Assembly (NCBI GenBank): GCA_947478005.1
Contig: CANJVG010000001.1
Span: 17,832-81,831, forward strand
Source of the DNA: Bacteroidota bacterium
Lineage (GTDB): Bacteria > Bacteroidota > Bacteroidia > Chitinophagales > LD1
Direction of reading: 5' to 3'
DNA length: 64,000 nucleotides
Below, piece by piece: positions 46,456 to 58,400 of the stretch; positions within the stretch are counted from its first letter, which is position 1, and each line of letters opens with the position of its first letter. Under the pieces are notes generated by a model. The model had not been told where the DNA came from and searched no databases. It saw nothing but the letters and a program-made list of their open reading frames with translations. The position numbers and the translations under genes are program-made.

Positions 46456-48375
46456 ATGTCAGAAGAAATTTTAGAAACAAAAGAAGAAAAAGTAGAACAG
46501 AAGCCGGTTGCGGTGGTTTTGCATGACGATTTCGATTGGAACGTAGACAAGAGAAACGTGGTGACTTATACCGAAGCTGAGCGCATTCGCTATGATGCCG
46601 AGTATTCTTCTACCCTGAAGACCATCGAAAACGATGAGATTGTGAAGGGTATTGTAGTGGCATTGACCAATACCGATGTGGTCTTGAACATTGGATTTAA
46701 ATCAGACGGATTGGTTCCGCTTTCAGAATTCCGCGATGTGGAAGATTTGAAGGCAGGCGATGAGTTTGATGTGTATGTAGTGAATAAAGAAGACAAGAAA
46801 GGTATTTTGCAACTAAGCCGCAAAAATGCCCGCACTATGAAAGCGTGGGAAGAAATCGTATCGGCTCATAAAACAGGTATTGTGGTGCAGGGTAAAATTA
46901 TTTCGAAAACAAAAGGCGGTCTTATCGCTAATATTTTCGGAGTGGATACTTTCCTTCCGGGTTCTCAGATTGATGTGAAACCTATTACAGACTATGATGT
47001 GTATGTAGGTAAAACAATGGAGTTGAAGGTGGTGAAGATTAATGAAACCATTAAGAATGCCGTTGTATCTCACAAAGCATTGATTGAGTCGGATATCGAA
47101 TCGCAACGCGAAGCTATCATCGGTAAATTGGAGAAAGGACAGGTATTGGAAGGAACTATCAAGAACATTACTGATTTCGGTGCGTTTATCGACTTGGGTG
47201 GTGTGGATGGATTGCTTTACATCACTGATATTTCGTGGGGCCGTATCGGACATCCGAAAGAGGTGTTGGAACTGAACCAGAAGCTGAATGTGGTTGTATT
47301 GGATTACGATGATAACAAGAAACGTATTTCGCTTGGTTTAAAACAATTGCAACCGCATCCATGGGATACTTTGGATAAGGATATTGAATTGGGCAGCAAG
47401 GTGAAGGGCAAAATCGTAAACATTGAAGATTACGGTGCATTCCTGGAAATCACTCCTGGCGTTGAAGGTTTGGTTCACGTAAGTGAAGTTTCCTGGAGCA
47501 ATACTCCGGTGAACAGCCGCGAATTCTTCCACAGTGGCGATACCCATGAGGCTGTAGTAATGACGCTTGACCGTGAGGAAAGAAAAATGTCGCTTTCGTT
47601 AAAGAGAATGACAGAAGACCCTTGGGTGAAGATTGCAGAAAAATTCCCGATAGGAACCAAAACCAGAGGTACGGTTAAAAATATCACTCCTTATGGCGTG
47701 TTTGTAGAATTGACTGAAGGAATCGGAGGAATGGTTCACATCAGCGATTTATCATGGACAAAACGTTACAGCACCCCTAATGAATTTACCAAAGTAGGTA
47801 GCGAATTAGATGTTGTAGTGCTTGATATTGACAACGAAAACCGCAAACTGACCCTTGGTCATAAGCAAATTGAGGAAGATCCATGGGATTCATTCGAAAA
47901 TGTATTCCCTATCGGTTCTACCCATGAAGCAACCGTTCTTAATGCAGATGATAAAGGCGCTACAATTCTTTTGCCTTACGGCTTAGAAGCATTTGCTCCA
48001 AAGAAACACTTAGCTAAAGAGCAGGGTGGTTTCCTGGCTGCTGATGAAAAAGCAACCTTCAAAGTATTAGAGTTCAACCGCAACGACAAACGTATTCTGG
48101 TTTCTCATACCCGTATTTGGGAAGAAGTGAAACAGGAAACTGAAGACACCGAGCGTAAGGAAAAGAAGGTAGAACGCGAAAAGACAGCGAAGGTGGTAAA
48201 AACCCTACAGAAGAATGTAGAGAAAACAACCCTTGGTGATTTGAGCGCTTTGACTGAGCTTAAAGAAAAGATGGATAGCAAATCAGCCGCAGACGCAGTG
48301 AAGAAACTCGAAAAGAGAGAGGAAGCTGCTAACAATGCTTCGGCAGAAACTACAGACGATACAAAGCCAGAGTAA
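46456..48375 (+). CDS. rpsA: 30S ribosomal protein S1
   Basis: Six S1/OB repeats (e.g. GKIISKTKGGLIANIFGVDTFLPGSQ, GTIKNITDFGAFIDLGGVDGLLYITDISW, GKIVNIEDYGAFLEITPGVEGLVHVSEVSW), plus a Lys/Glu-rich C-terminal tail. Confidence 0.95.
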   Translation: MSEEILETKEEKVEQKPVAVVLHDDFDWNVDKRNVVTYTEAERIRYDAEYSSTLKTIENDEIVKGIVVALTNTDVVLNIGFKSDGLVPLSEFRDVEDLKAGDEFDVYVVNKEDKKGILQLSRKNARTMKAWEEIVSAHKTGIVVQGKIISKTKGGLIANIFGVDTFLPGSQIDVKPITDYDVYVGKTMELKVVKINETIKNAVVSHKALIESDIESQREAIIGKLEKGQVLEGTIKNITDFGAFIDLGGVDGLLYITDISWGRIGHPKEVLELNQKLNVVVLDYDDNKKRISLGLKQLQPHPWDTLDKDIELGSKVKGKIVNIEDYGAFLEITPGVEGLVHVSEVSWSNTPVNSREFFHSGDTHEAVVMTLDREERKMSLSLKRMTEDPWVKIAEKFPIGTKTRGTVKNITPYGVFVELTEGIGGMVHISDLSWTKRYSTPNEFTKVGSELDVVVLDIDNENRKLTLGHKQIEEDPWDSFENVFPIGSTHEATVLNADDKGATILLPYGLEAFAPKKHLAKEQGGFLAADEKATFKVLEFNRNDKRILVSHTRIWEEVKQETEDTERKEKKVEREKTAKVVKTLQKNVEKTTLGDLSALTELKEKMDSKSAADAVKKLEKREEAANNASAETTDDTKPE

Positions 48376-48397
48376 TTTCGATTACCGGTTTATTACA

Positions 48398-48433
48398 AAT
48401 CCCGCTTCTTGAAAAAGGAGCGGGATTTTTTTT
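48398..48433 (+). terminator. Rho-independent terminator of rpsA
   Basis: Stem ATCCCGCTTCT / AGGAGCGGGAT (one G.U pair), followed by TTTTTTTT. Confidence 0.75.
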
Positions 48434-48660
48434 GACCAATAGCGACATAGTTTCTCTACCAGTTTGTTAGAAACTTGCGTAATCCGGATAGCGATTTGAG
48501 GAGGTTAGTTAGTCGGTGTTGTTTGTTTTCACATCCTAATCCTAACGCGATAACAAAACCCAGCCTCGCTGGTCTAAACGAAGCCCGTTAAATACACTTA
48601 GAATAGATGAAAATTAGTCTGTTGAAATGGGATTAAACCTATTGAATATTCCCCTCCTAA

Positions 48661-50061
48661 TCAGAACTCAATAGCACTGATGGTTCGGTGAGCAATATCA
48701 GATGCTGTGGCAGCTTCACAAAAAATAGTCCTAGCCATGTTTCCCGACCGAAACCACTGTAAAACGAGCGTCTGGGGTACACCAGCCGTAACCACGATTG
48801 GTTTAGTGAAAGAAATATTCCAAGCAGTAACAACTCCAGTTGTGGAGTTCAAATCTTGGCCCGCAGAAACACTTCCACCCACCGAAACACCATTGACCAT
48901 CAGGCGGGCGAAAACATTCTGATGAACATTTGTACCTGTAGGGTCGCTTCTTCCTGAAATAGTAAATGATACCAGTAAATTAGATTTTACAGGGGTGAAA
49001 GTCAGGTTCAATCCAGTTGAAACATAGCCTCCTCCGTTCATACTGATATCGGTGGAACCGGTAATCGAGTGAACTAATACAGTAGGTATGGTAGTTGTAA
49101 GTGTGCCGCAAGGGTCAGTAGAGGAAAGTAAGTTAGTGCCGGTAGAATAAGATAAAGCTGTGTTGCAATCGCCAAAGCCGGTGGGACCGGTAACGCCTAT
49201 AGCACCGGTGGCGCCTGTAGCACCTACTCCGGTTACACCTGTAATGCCTTGCACCCCAATAACCCCCTGTGCGCCTGTGACACCTTGTATGCCTGTAGCT
49301 CCTTGTGCCCCTGTAACACCTGCAATACCTTGAAAGCCTGTGACGCCTTGCAGACCTGTAGCCCCTTGAATACCGGTAGCACCCACTGAGCCCGTAGCTC
49401 CGGTATTACCTTGATTGCCCGTGGCACCTGTTGCACCAGTGTTGCCATTTAGCCCGGTAGATCCCGTAAGCCCCACTGCTCCTGTGGCACCTGCAACACC
49501 TTGAGTGCCTGTTGCTCCTTGGATTCCGGCACCCGTTATTCCCTGAATCCCCTGAGCTCCTGTATTTCCAGCCGAACCTTGTGCTCCTGTTATGCCTTGT
49601 AGGCCTGTAGGTCCTGTGGTTCCATTTAACCCGTCAATACCTGAGGGTCCTGTAGAACCTGGGAGGCCCGGCAGCCCATTTGTCCCGCTCAGTCCTGTTG
49701 GTCCAATAATCCCGGCTGTTCCGGTGGCTCCATTTAGACCTGTTACACCAGGGGTCCCCTGAGGGCCCGTAGCACCCGCTGGTCCGGACAGCTGACAAAG
49801 CGAAGTCCAACCGCTACCGACCGCGTAATAGAAAAAGCAATTAAAATTTATATCGTAAACTAAGAGGCCATTTGCAGGGGAAACGATTGCTAAACGTTGT
49901 CCGGTCGTCATTCTCGGAGCAATAAAGCCTTTATCAGTAGCCTCCAGATGCAACACTGAACTGGCATCGGGATTGGCGAGTCCAATGCCCACATTATTTT
50001 GGGCTGTTGCTGAGAACCCGATGAGGAGAAGAAAGTAAAGGAGGATGTGGATATTCTTCAA
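48661..50061 (-). CDS. Collagen-like (G-X-Y) repeat protein, paralog A, with conserved N-terminal module and globular C-terminal domain
   Basis: TTG start and signal peptide. Conserved module [19 protein letters not shown]...[18 protein letters not shown]. About 205 aa of G-X-Y triplets (aa 93-297, DNA ~49171-49785), rich in T/Q/N at Y, with a few interruptions. The C-terminal domain is ~170 aa. Confidence 0.85.
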   Translation of the reverse strand: MKNIHILLYFLLLIGFSATAQNNVGIGLANPDASSVLHLEATDKGFIAPRMTTGQRLAIVSPANGLLVYDINFNCFFYYAVGSGWTSLCQLSGPAGATGPQGTPGVTGLNGATGTAGIIGPTGLSGTNGLPGLPGSTGPSGIDGLNGTTGPTGLQGITGAQGSAGNTGAQGIQGITGAGIQGATGTQGVAGATGAVGLTGSTGLNGNTGATGATGNQGNTGATGSVGATGIQGATGLQGVTGFQGIAGVTGAQGATGIQGVTGAQGVIGVQGITGVTGVGATGATGAIGVTGPTGFGDCNTALSYSTGTNLLSSTDPCGTLTTTIPTVLVHSITGSTDISMNGGGYVSTGLNLTFTPVKSNLLVSFTISGRSDPTGTNVHQNVFARLMVNGVSVGGSVSAGQDLNSTTGVVTAWNISFTKPIVVTAGVPQTLVLQWFRSGNMARTIFCEAATASDIAHRTISAIEF

Positions 50062-50126
50062 TGCAAAATAAATTAAGGTTTAAATTTAGATTATTTTTTG
50101 AATGGAATAACTCGAGGAACAGTTTT

Positions 50127-50369
50127 TTACCTAATCTTGCTGCTGGACACAGGAACGTTTGCATTCGATATCTCTGTATTTGACACTAATTTTCCACGTA
50201 CAGTATCAACATCCTCCTTTTTATAAGAAGCAGGTTTATTTGGAGAAATTTTGAAACCCGCAGAGGATCTTATCTTGCCCAAGGCATCTTTTCGATTAGA
50301 ATCAGCCTGTTGTGCTGAAGGAAAAAGACACAAAAAGTTGATAAAAATTATGGTAACGATAACCCGCAT
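50127..50369 (-). CDS. Small secreted hypothetical protein (80 aa) between the collagen-like paralogs
   Basis: Signal peptide MRVIVTIIFINFLCLFPSAQQ, then a hydrophilic ~60 aa. It starts 9 nt after the paralog B stop and ends 65 nt before the paralog A start. Confidence 0.5.
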   Translation of the reverse strand: MRVIVTIIFINFLCLFPSAQQADSNRKDALGKIRSSAGFKISPNKPASYKKEDVDTVRGKLVSNTEISNANVPVSSSKIR

Positions 50370-50378
50370 GAAACAATT

Positions 50379-52100
50379 TTATCTATAATGAACAATAAGT
50401 GTCATAGCTCCGGCCGTGGCATCTGTAAATCCATCGCCACCAATATTAACCGTTGCTCCTATTGTGCCTCCGAATCTCCTAGACCGAAAATCAATAGTAT
50501 GTGCACCGGCTCCCAGGACTACCATACCCATAATTGATCCGTTGGCAAAAGAGTTAGAGTTAGAGTTAACACAGGTAATTCGAGCAAAACCTCCGTAATT
50601 CATTAAGACTCCATCCACATGAAAAGCTATATCCACGGTATTGTATAAACCTGCGGTAGTAGCGGTATTCAGCATACCAATAGAGGCAAAACAAAAGACT
50701 TCAGCCGTTTGCCCGGCAGGGACAGTTATTGTTTGAGTCATGTTCGGGTTAACCACAAAAGCAACTCCGGCAACGTTTGTTCTAGCAGCAGTATTAATAA
50801 CATGATAATATTCAGTTCGTGGTTCTAACACCGTGATATCGCCATTAGCATCTACGCCCAGATTACGGGGGTATGAGTTGGTAGGAAATGTTGCGACCGG
50901 ATTAAAGCCTGCTGCATTTCCAAAGGCATCTACACGAATGGTAGGTTGTTTAACGGTAAAGGCCGGATTGGTTACCCCTCCACCATAGGTGCCGGCAGCG
51001 GTAATATTACCTTGGCGAACCTGCCCTGAACCGGCACTTGTGCTATAGATACCACTAATGTGTAAGGTTCTTACAGGAGCAGGCAATCCTATCCCTACAT
51101 TTCCGTTAGCCAATATACGAGCCTTCTCGATATTATTTGTTCTGAAAACTAAATCAATATTATCCGTGGTACCTAAAAAATTAGTCGCAGGTGCTGTTCC
51201 TGAATTGCCTGTTATTTTCCAAAACACACCGTTCGCATCCGAAGGTGCCCACTGAACTCCGTTGAATAACAATACCTCGTTTGGCAAAGGAGCGGTAGCA
51301 CTAATTCCAATCCCCTGTAACCCCACCACCGTAGGATTAGGATAAATTCCGGATAAATCGCCCCCGGCAGCCCCCAAAGGACCGGTAGGGCCAGTTGCAC
51401 CGGTGTCTCCTGTAAAGCCGGTTATTCCCTGTGCTCCTGTAATACCCTGTAGACCCTGAACGCCTGTTACCCCTTGAATTCCTTGGGCACCGGTAATACC
51501 TTGAATACCTTGTACTCCTGTAACACCTTGGATTCCTTGTGTGCCAGTTACTCCTTGAATGCCGGTGGGACCTGCGATACCCTGCGCGCCCGTAGCTCCT
51601 GTACTTCCGTTAACACCTGTCGGACCTATGTTTCCGTTCAAACCATTAATACCTGTAGCTCCCGTAACACCAGTGGTACCTGTTGCTCCGGCATTTCCAT
51701 TTAAACCATTCGTGCCTGGAACACCTGCGCTTCCTGTTGCTCCTGTTACACCGTTACTGCCGTTTGCACCTGTAACACCCTGTACTCCCTGCACGCCTGC
51801 TGGACCGGAAGGACCGGCATTTTGGCAAAGAGAAATCCATCCTCCACCTGTTGTGTAATAGAAGAAGCAATTAAAATCTAGGTCATAAACCAAAAGACCA
51901 TTTGCGGGTGCAGCTATAGCCGAGCGTTGGACAGTAGTCATACGAGGTGCTATAAAACCCTTATCGCTAGACTCTAAATGAAGAACCGCGCTGGCGTCAG
52001 GATTTGATAAACCGATACCAACATTGTTTTGTGCCATTACAGAACTACTTGGCAGTAAATGAAAAAAGCAGAAGCAAAGAAGGAAGAAAATATTTCTCAT
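50379..52100 (-). CDS. Collagen-like (G-X-Y) repeat protein, paralog B, with an extended C-terminal region
   Basis: Same N-terminal module as paralog A ([19 protein letters not shown]...[17 protein letters not shown]). G-X-Y region at aa ~96-246 (DNA ~51363-51815). A ~330-aa C-terminal region follows and includes [43 protein letters not shown]. Confidence 0.85.
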   Translation of the reverse strand: MRNIFFLLCFCFFHLLPSSSVMAQNNVGIGLSNPDASAVLHLESSDKGFIAPRMTTVQRSAIAAPANGLLVYDLDFNCFFYYTTGGGWISLCQNAGPSGPAGVQGVQGVTGANGSNGVTGATGSAGVPGTNGLNGNAGATGTTGVTGATGINGLNGNIGPTGVNGSTGATGAQGIAGPTGIQGVTGTQGIQGVTGVQGIQGITGAQGIQGVTGVQGLQGITGAQGITGFTGDTGATGPTGPLGAAGGDLSGIYPNPTVVGLQGIGISATAPLPNEVLLFNGVQWAPSDANGVFWKITGNSGTAPATNFLGTTDNIDLVFRTNNIEKARILANGNVGIGLPAPVRTLHISGIYSTSAGSGQVRQGNITAAGTYGGGVTNPAFTVKQPTIRVDAFGNAAGFNPVATFPTNSYPRNLGVDANGDITVLEPRTEYYHVINTAARTNVAGVAFVVNPNMTQTITVPAGQTAEVFCFASIGMLNTATTAGLYNTVDIAFHVDGVLMNYGGFARITCVNSNSNSFANGSIMGMVVLGAGAHTIDFRSRRFGGTIGATVNIGGDGFTDATAGAMTLIVHYR

Positions 52101-52409
52101 AGGTTACAATAGGAATGGACAAATGTAAGGAAAACGAATTTAACATCTATATAGAGATGAAAATAATAAGACAAACGTTGTTCACAACATGTGAATTAGA
52201 GAAATACTTACGTTCAACGATGCGAACAGTTGAAATACACTTCTTTTATTTTGGTCAATAATTCCCATTGCTCCACTCCTCTCCCATTCACAGAGCAAAT
52301 ATGACATTGCTCAAAAAAATGAAACAATCCAGCGCTTGTTTCGTATAGCTAAACTGTTGCATGAAATTGAAGGCTTTACGCAACGGATAAATAAAAAACC
52401 GGAATTGGC

Positions 52410-55400
52410 ATGAAGAAGTTTACACGTGCTTTTGTATTACTTACCGCAATTTGCTGTCTTTGTTTGCCGGCCCAAGCGGCTGTTTTTATCAACAAAACTC
52501 AAGTAAACGTAAGTTGCAAAGGAGGAAACAACGGAAGTATTGACATTACACCAAGTGGTGGTTCTGCCCCCTATACTTATAATTGGGGTGGAGCAATTAC
52601 GACACAGGACAGAAGTAATTTAACGGCTGGAACTTATAGCATTACTGTCTCTGATTTTTTTGGTGTTTCCGCCTCTCTGTCTATTACCATTACCGAGCCT
52701 ACATTCATAACGACTACAAAATCAATTACAAGTGTTTTTTGTGGTGGTGGCAACACAGGAGCCATACAACTAACTGCTAGCGGAGGAACACCTGGTTACA
52801 CATACATCTGGAATGATTTGTCAACCACTCCCAACAGAAGCAACCTTACAGCAGCCAATTATTATGTAACCATTACTGACTCTAAAGGCTGCACTAAAAT
52901 TGATTCTGCCAATGTTACTCAGCCACCTGGAATGGTTCTTTCTAAAACAACTACGAATGTAACTTGTGGAAGCGGTGCAAACGGAGCCATAAACCTCACT
53001 GTTCAATTTGGTGTTCCGGGTTATAGCTATCTATGGAATGGAGGAGCTACTACGGAAGATAGAACCGGAATAGCTGCCGGGAGTTATGTGGTTACTGTAA
53101 CCGATGCTTCAGGCTGCTCAGCATCTCTGTCTGCCACAGTTGGACAATCCGGTAGCACAATGGGGATTAACAGCAATTCAGTTATGCCTTCTTGCTATGG
53201 CGGAAGCAACGGAACTATTACGGTAACGTCAGTAGTAGGAAGTGTAGGTCCTTATACTTATGCATGGAGCGATGGTCCTACCACACAAAGCCGGACAGGA
53301 TTAGCTGCGGGCTCCTACACTGTAACAGCTACATCAAGTACAGGGTGCACAACATCAAATATTATCAATGTAGCGCAACCTCCACTTCTTTCAGTGGTTC
53401 TAGTACCATTTTCACTTTCCTGCAATGCAAGTAATAATGGAGCAATTAATACTACTGCAAGTGGAGGAACAGGCTCATATTCTTATGTTTGGAATGATGG
53501 TTCCCATCTTAGAAACAGAACAGGACTACCAGCTGGTAACTATATTATAACGGTAACAGATGCCAAGGGCTGTACTGTTGTCGACACAGCAGTTGTACCC
53601 GAGCCACTTATGCTGGTATTAACCCAAACACCAACACCCCTTGCTTGCATCGGTGGGCCTACTGGTTCGGTAACTGCAAATGCAACCGGAGGAACTGAAC
53701 CCTACAATTATTGGTGGGGAGGAGGCGTAATTACACAAACCATTTCGAATGTTGGTGCAGGAACCTATTGCGCCACCGTTACGGATAACCATGGATGTAC
53801 AGCATCCGCTTGTGCAAATATTCCCGTTTTTATTCCATTGAGTGTTACAACCACTCAAACGAACGTCATCTGTTATGGAGCAAATACAGGCTCCATAAAT
53901 GTTACCCCATCAAATGGAACATCACCTTACACTTATTTATGGAGCAACGGAAGTTTATCCCAAAATCGCACTGCTCTTCCTGCGGGAACTTACACCGTAA
54001 CTATTTCCGATGCAAATCCCTGTACTGTTTCTCAAACTATAACCATTACGCAGCCTCTGTTTCCATTACAAATAAACTCGACTATCGCAGACGCTATGTG
54101 CTATGGCAACAGTAACGGAAGTATCAATATCACAGTCATTAATGGAACTTCTCCATATTCCTATAATTGGGGAAATGGTATAACAACGCAAAACAGAACC
54201 GCTCTAGTCACAGGAACATATCCTTTGACAGTAACTGACATTAACTCCTGTTCTGTAAGTTCTAGTTTTTTTGTAAGTCAGCCTACCCTCTTAGTCGTTT
54301 CGCCAACCGTTGCAAATGTTAGTTGTTTTGGAGGCAGTAATGGTTCTATTACTTTAGGTGTAACCGGCAGCTTTGCACCTTATACTTATAGCTGGAATAA
54401 CGGTTCAGGTAGTCCAATCAGAAATGGTTTGCTTGCCGGAAATTACTTCGTAACAGTGACTGACAATCACACATGTACCGCTACATCAAGTGCTGTAGTA
54501 AATCAACCAACCGCGGTAGCAATTGTTGTGAGCCATGGTGATGCACCCTGTTTTGGTACAAGCAACGGCTGGATAAACTTGGTTGTATCGGAAGGTGTAG
54601 CACCTTACTCTTACAATTGGGGCAACGGTATTTTTACGCAAAATAGAACATCGCTGTCGGCAGGTAGTTATCCTGTAACTGTAACAGACAATGCAGGATG
54701 TACTGCGACTGCTTCTGCAACTATCAGCCAACCTACGGCTATCACTGTATCTTCTTCGGTTATCAATGCTACTTGCTTTGGTGGCAACAACGGCTCCATT
54801 AATCTAAGCGTTAGTGGAGGTACTTCACCTTATACCTACAACTGGGCAGGCAATATTACTACTCCTATCAGAACCAATTTGGGTGGAGGAACTTATGCTG
54901 TTACCGTCACAGATGCTCAAAGCTGCACGGCTACACATAGCGCTTTTGTAGGTCCGGCCTCCGGTCTAAGCATTACGCCTATTGTAACTAACGTATCTTG
55001 CAATGCCGGAACCAATGGCTCCATTTCTTTATCGGTTTCAGGAGCTACGCCACCCTATACATTTAGCTGGGCCAATGGTGGAGGCACATTGCCAAACAGA
55101 ACCGGTCTTTCAGCAAATTCCTATACTGTAACTGTAACTGATAATTTAGGCTGTACAGCTTCAAATACTTCAACTGTTATACAACCATCTGTAATTTCCG
55201 TAACCACGAACGTTACCAACGCAAACTGTTTTGGCGGCAACAATGGGGCTATAGTTGTTGGTGTAAGCGGTGGTACTTCGCCATATTCTTTTAACTGGAG
55301 TTCAGGAGCATTTTCTCAGAACTTAAATTTACTTTCAGCGGGAAACTATACCGTTACTATTACCGATAATGCCAACTGTAGTCTTCTTAGCACCAGTGTC

Positions 55401-58400
55401 GTAAGTCAAGGAACTGCTATTCTCATCACAGGCACCGTAACGAACACAACTTGCAATGGAGGAAATATCGGTGCCATTAATCTTTCTGTAACCGGGGGAG
55501 TTGGACCCTATACATATAATTGGGGACCCGGTTTAGTCATGCAGAACAGAACAGGTCTCTCAGCAGGCACTTATATTGTAACCGTTAGTGACAATGTTGG
55601 ATGTACAGCCTCCAAATCGTTTGTTGTTAGTCAACCAGGCGGCATTACCGCTTCTTCAACTACTACCAATGTAGCCTGCAACGGAGGTAACAATGGAACC
55701 ATTATCCTAACAGTAGCGGGTGGAACTTCACCTTATACTTACAATTGGGGAGGAGGTTTTGTTACACCGAATAGAAATAACCTTGTAGCCGGCTCTTATA
55801 CCGTTACAATTACGGACAATGCGAATTGCAGTATCAGTCATACTGCAGTTATTGCACAAACAACTTCTCTCAATATTTCCCCCGTAATTACAAATGTAAG
55901 TTGCAATGGACAAAGCAATGGAGCTATAAATTTAACTATTACAGGCGGTGCAACTCCATATACTTATAATTGGGGGAACGCCATAACCACACCTGGCAGA
56001 ACTGGTCTTTCAGCAGGGTCATACGTTGTTACAATAACAGACAATTCTAACTGTACTTTATCCAGCACGATGAGCGTAAATCAACCAAACGTGCTTTCAG
56101 TTATTCCAACCATAACCAATGCCGCTTGTACCGGAGGTAATACCGGTGCTATTAACATTACAGTAAACGGAGGCACCGCTCCTTATGCTTTTAATTGGGG
56201 TGGAAATATAACTACACAGGATAGAATAAATATTCCTGCCGGGAACTATTCTTTAACCGTTACCGATAACGCTAATTGTACTGCTTCTATTCCCTCCATT
56301 GTTGTTCAGGCGGTCAATTTGACCTTATCACCTGTAATCACAAATGTTACTTGTTACAATGGGAACAATGGTACCATTAGTGTAACCGCAGGTGCAGGAA
56401 CGGCCCCTTATTCTTATAATTGGGGAAACAATATCGTATCGCAAAACAGGGCCAATCTACAAGCAGGCACTTATAACGTGACGGCTACAGATATTGCGGG
56501 TTGCTCAGGTACTGGCTCAAACATTATTACACAACCTGCTGCTATTACGGTTACGCCTATTATCACTAATGCTTCATGCAACGGAGGAAACAATGGAACA
56601 ATTAGTCTTACCCCAAACGGAGGAACCGCTCCATACTCTTTCTTATGGACTAACGGAGCAACTACATCCGGCAGAACAGGCCTTATACAAGGTTCTTATC
56701 CTGTTACTGTTTCTGATAACAATATGTGCAGCTTCAACACAAACATAACAGTAAATCAGGCAGCGCCAATGGTGGTTAACAATACCAAATCGAATGTTGC
56801 CTGTTTTGGTGCGGCTACAGGAAGTATAAACCTAAGCATCATTGGCGGCAATGCACCTTATGGTTTCCTTTGGAGCAATGCCGCCAGCACTCAAAATATT
56901 TCAGGTTTGGTTGCGAATAGCTATAACGTAACTGTAACAGATGCCACAACCTGTACTGCAAGCACTTCTGTCTCCATTACACAAGCGCCACAGATTACTA
57001 CATCCATATCAACCATCAATGCTACCTGTTTTGGGTGGAGCAGCGGTCAAATTGATTTAACGGTAAGCGGTGGAACCGGAGCTTATGGATATTTGTGGAG
57101 CAATGCCGCCACCACGCAGGATTTGTTGGGAGTAGCGGCCAATACTTACACCGTAACCGTTCATGATGCCAATAGTTGTACCGTAACGGCAAGTACCACC
57201 ATAACTCAGCCCGCACAATTAGTATTGACTTCTACCAAAATTAATGCTTCTTGTTTTAGTAGTTCAACGGGCAGTATCGATTTATCGGTAAGCGGAGGTG
57301 CAGCTCCCTACACTTACGCATGGAGTAATGCAGCTGCTTCACAAGATATTTCAAATCTTACGGCTGCATCCTACAATGTAATCGTAAATGACAATAATGC
57401 CTGTAGTGCATCTACGTCTGTTGCAATTACACAACCTTCTGCATTAGTTGCATCTCAAACGCATACTAATGTAAGCTGCAACGGAGGGGCGAATGGCACT
57501 ATAAATACAGCTGTAACCGGAGGGACTTACCCTTACTCTTATAACTGGGGTGGTGGAAATACTTTGCCAAACAGAACTAATCTTTCGGCTGGCAATTTCA
57601 CTATCACTGTAAATGATTCTAAAGGTTGTAGCGTCACCGCCACATCTATCATAAGTGAACCGGCACCTATCGCATTTGCCTTTGCAAAAACGAATGTGGT
57701 TTGCAGTGGTTCATCAACCGGAAGCATTGACGCCACCATAAGCGGAGGCACGGGTGCTTATACTTATCATTGGAATACAAATGCATTGACACAGGATTTG
57801 TGGAACTTGAACGCAGGCAACTATTCCTTAACCGTTACAGATGCCAACACCTGCACCTCTTCTGCTATGGTTGCTATTGCACAACCGGCTCCGCTCACTG
57901 TTGTTCTAACGCATACAGATATTAGTTGCTTTGGTGCTCATAATGGATCTATAATGGCCAATGTATCGGGTGGAAACGGGGGGTATGTTTTCGATTGGAG
58001 CAACGGAGCCACTACTGCGAATCTGAATAATCTTCCTCCTAATAACTATGTGCTTTCGTTGAGCGATGCCGCTGGCTGCGCCACCAGTATTGCGCTGAGT
58101 ATTATAGAGCCATCGGCACTTACTTTAGCTGAAGCCCATAGTAACATTACCTGCAACGGAGCCGCTAACGGAAATATCCACATTACCGCAACAGGCGGCA
58201 CAGGAAACTATTCCTATGCCTGGAGCAATGGTTCAAGCACGCCAACTATTTCTTCTCTGCTTCCAAATAATTATACTATTACTGTATCAGATGCCAAAGG
58301 ATGCACCGCTTCTAAAGCCATAAGTATTACGCAGCCTGCTCCGCTGGTTGTAAGCGAAACACATCAGCCTTATGCTTGTTCAGGAAATGCCGGAGCCATT

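Noticed and set aside
51559-51858. Pro/Val/Ala-rich 99-aa ORF on the plus strand (with similar ones at 51474-51704 and 49233-49448)
   Set aside because: These are antisense or alternative-frame readings of the G-X-Y coding repeats of the collagen-like genes. Such repeats keep several frames open.
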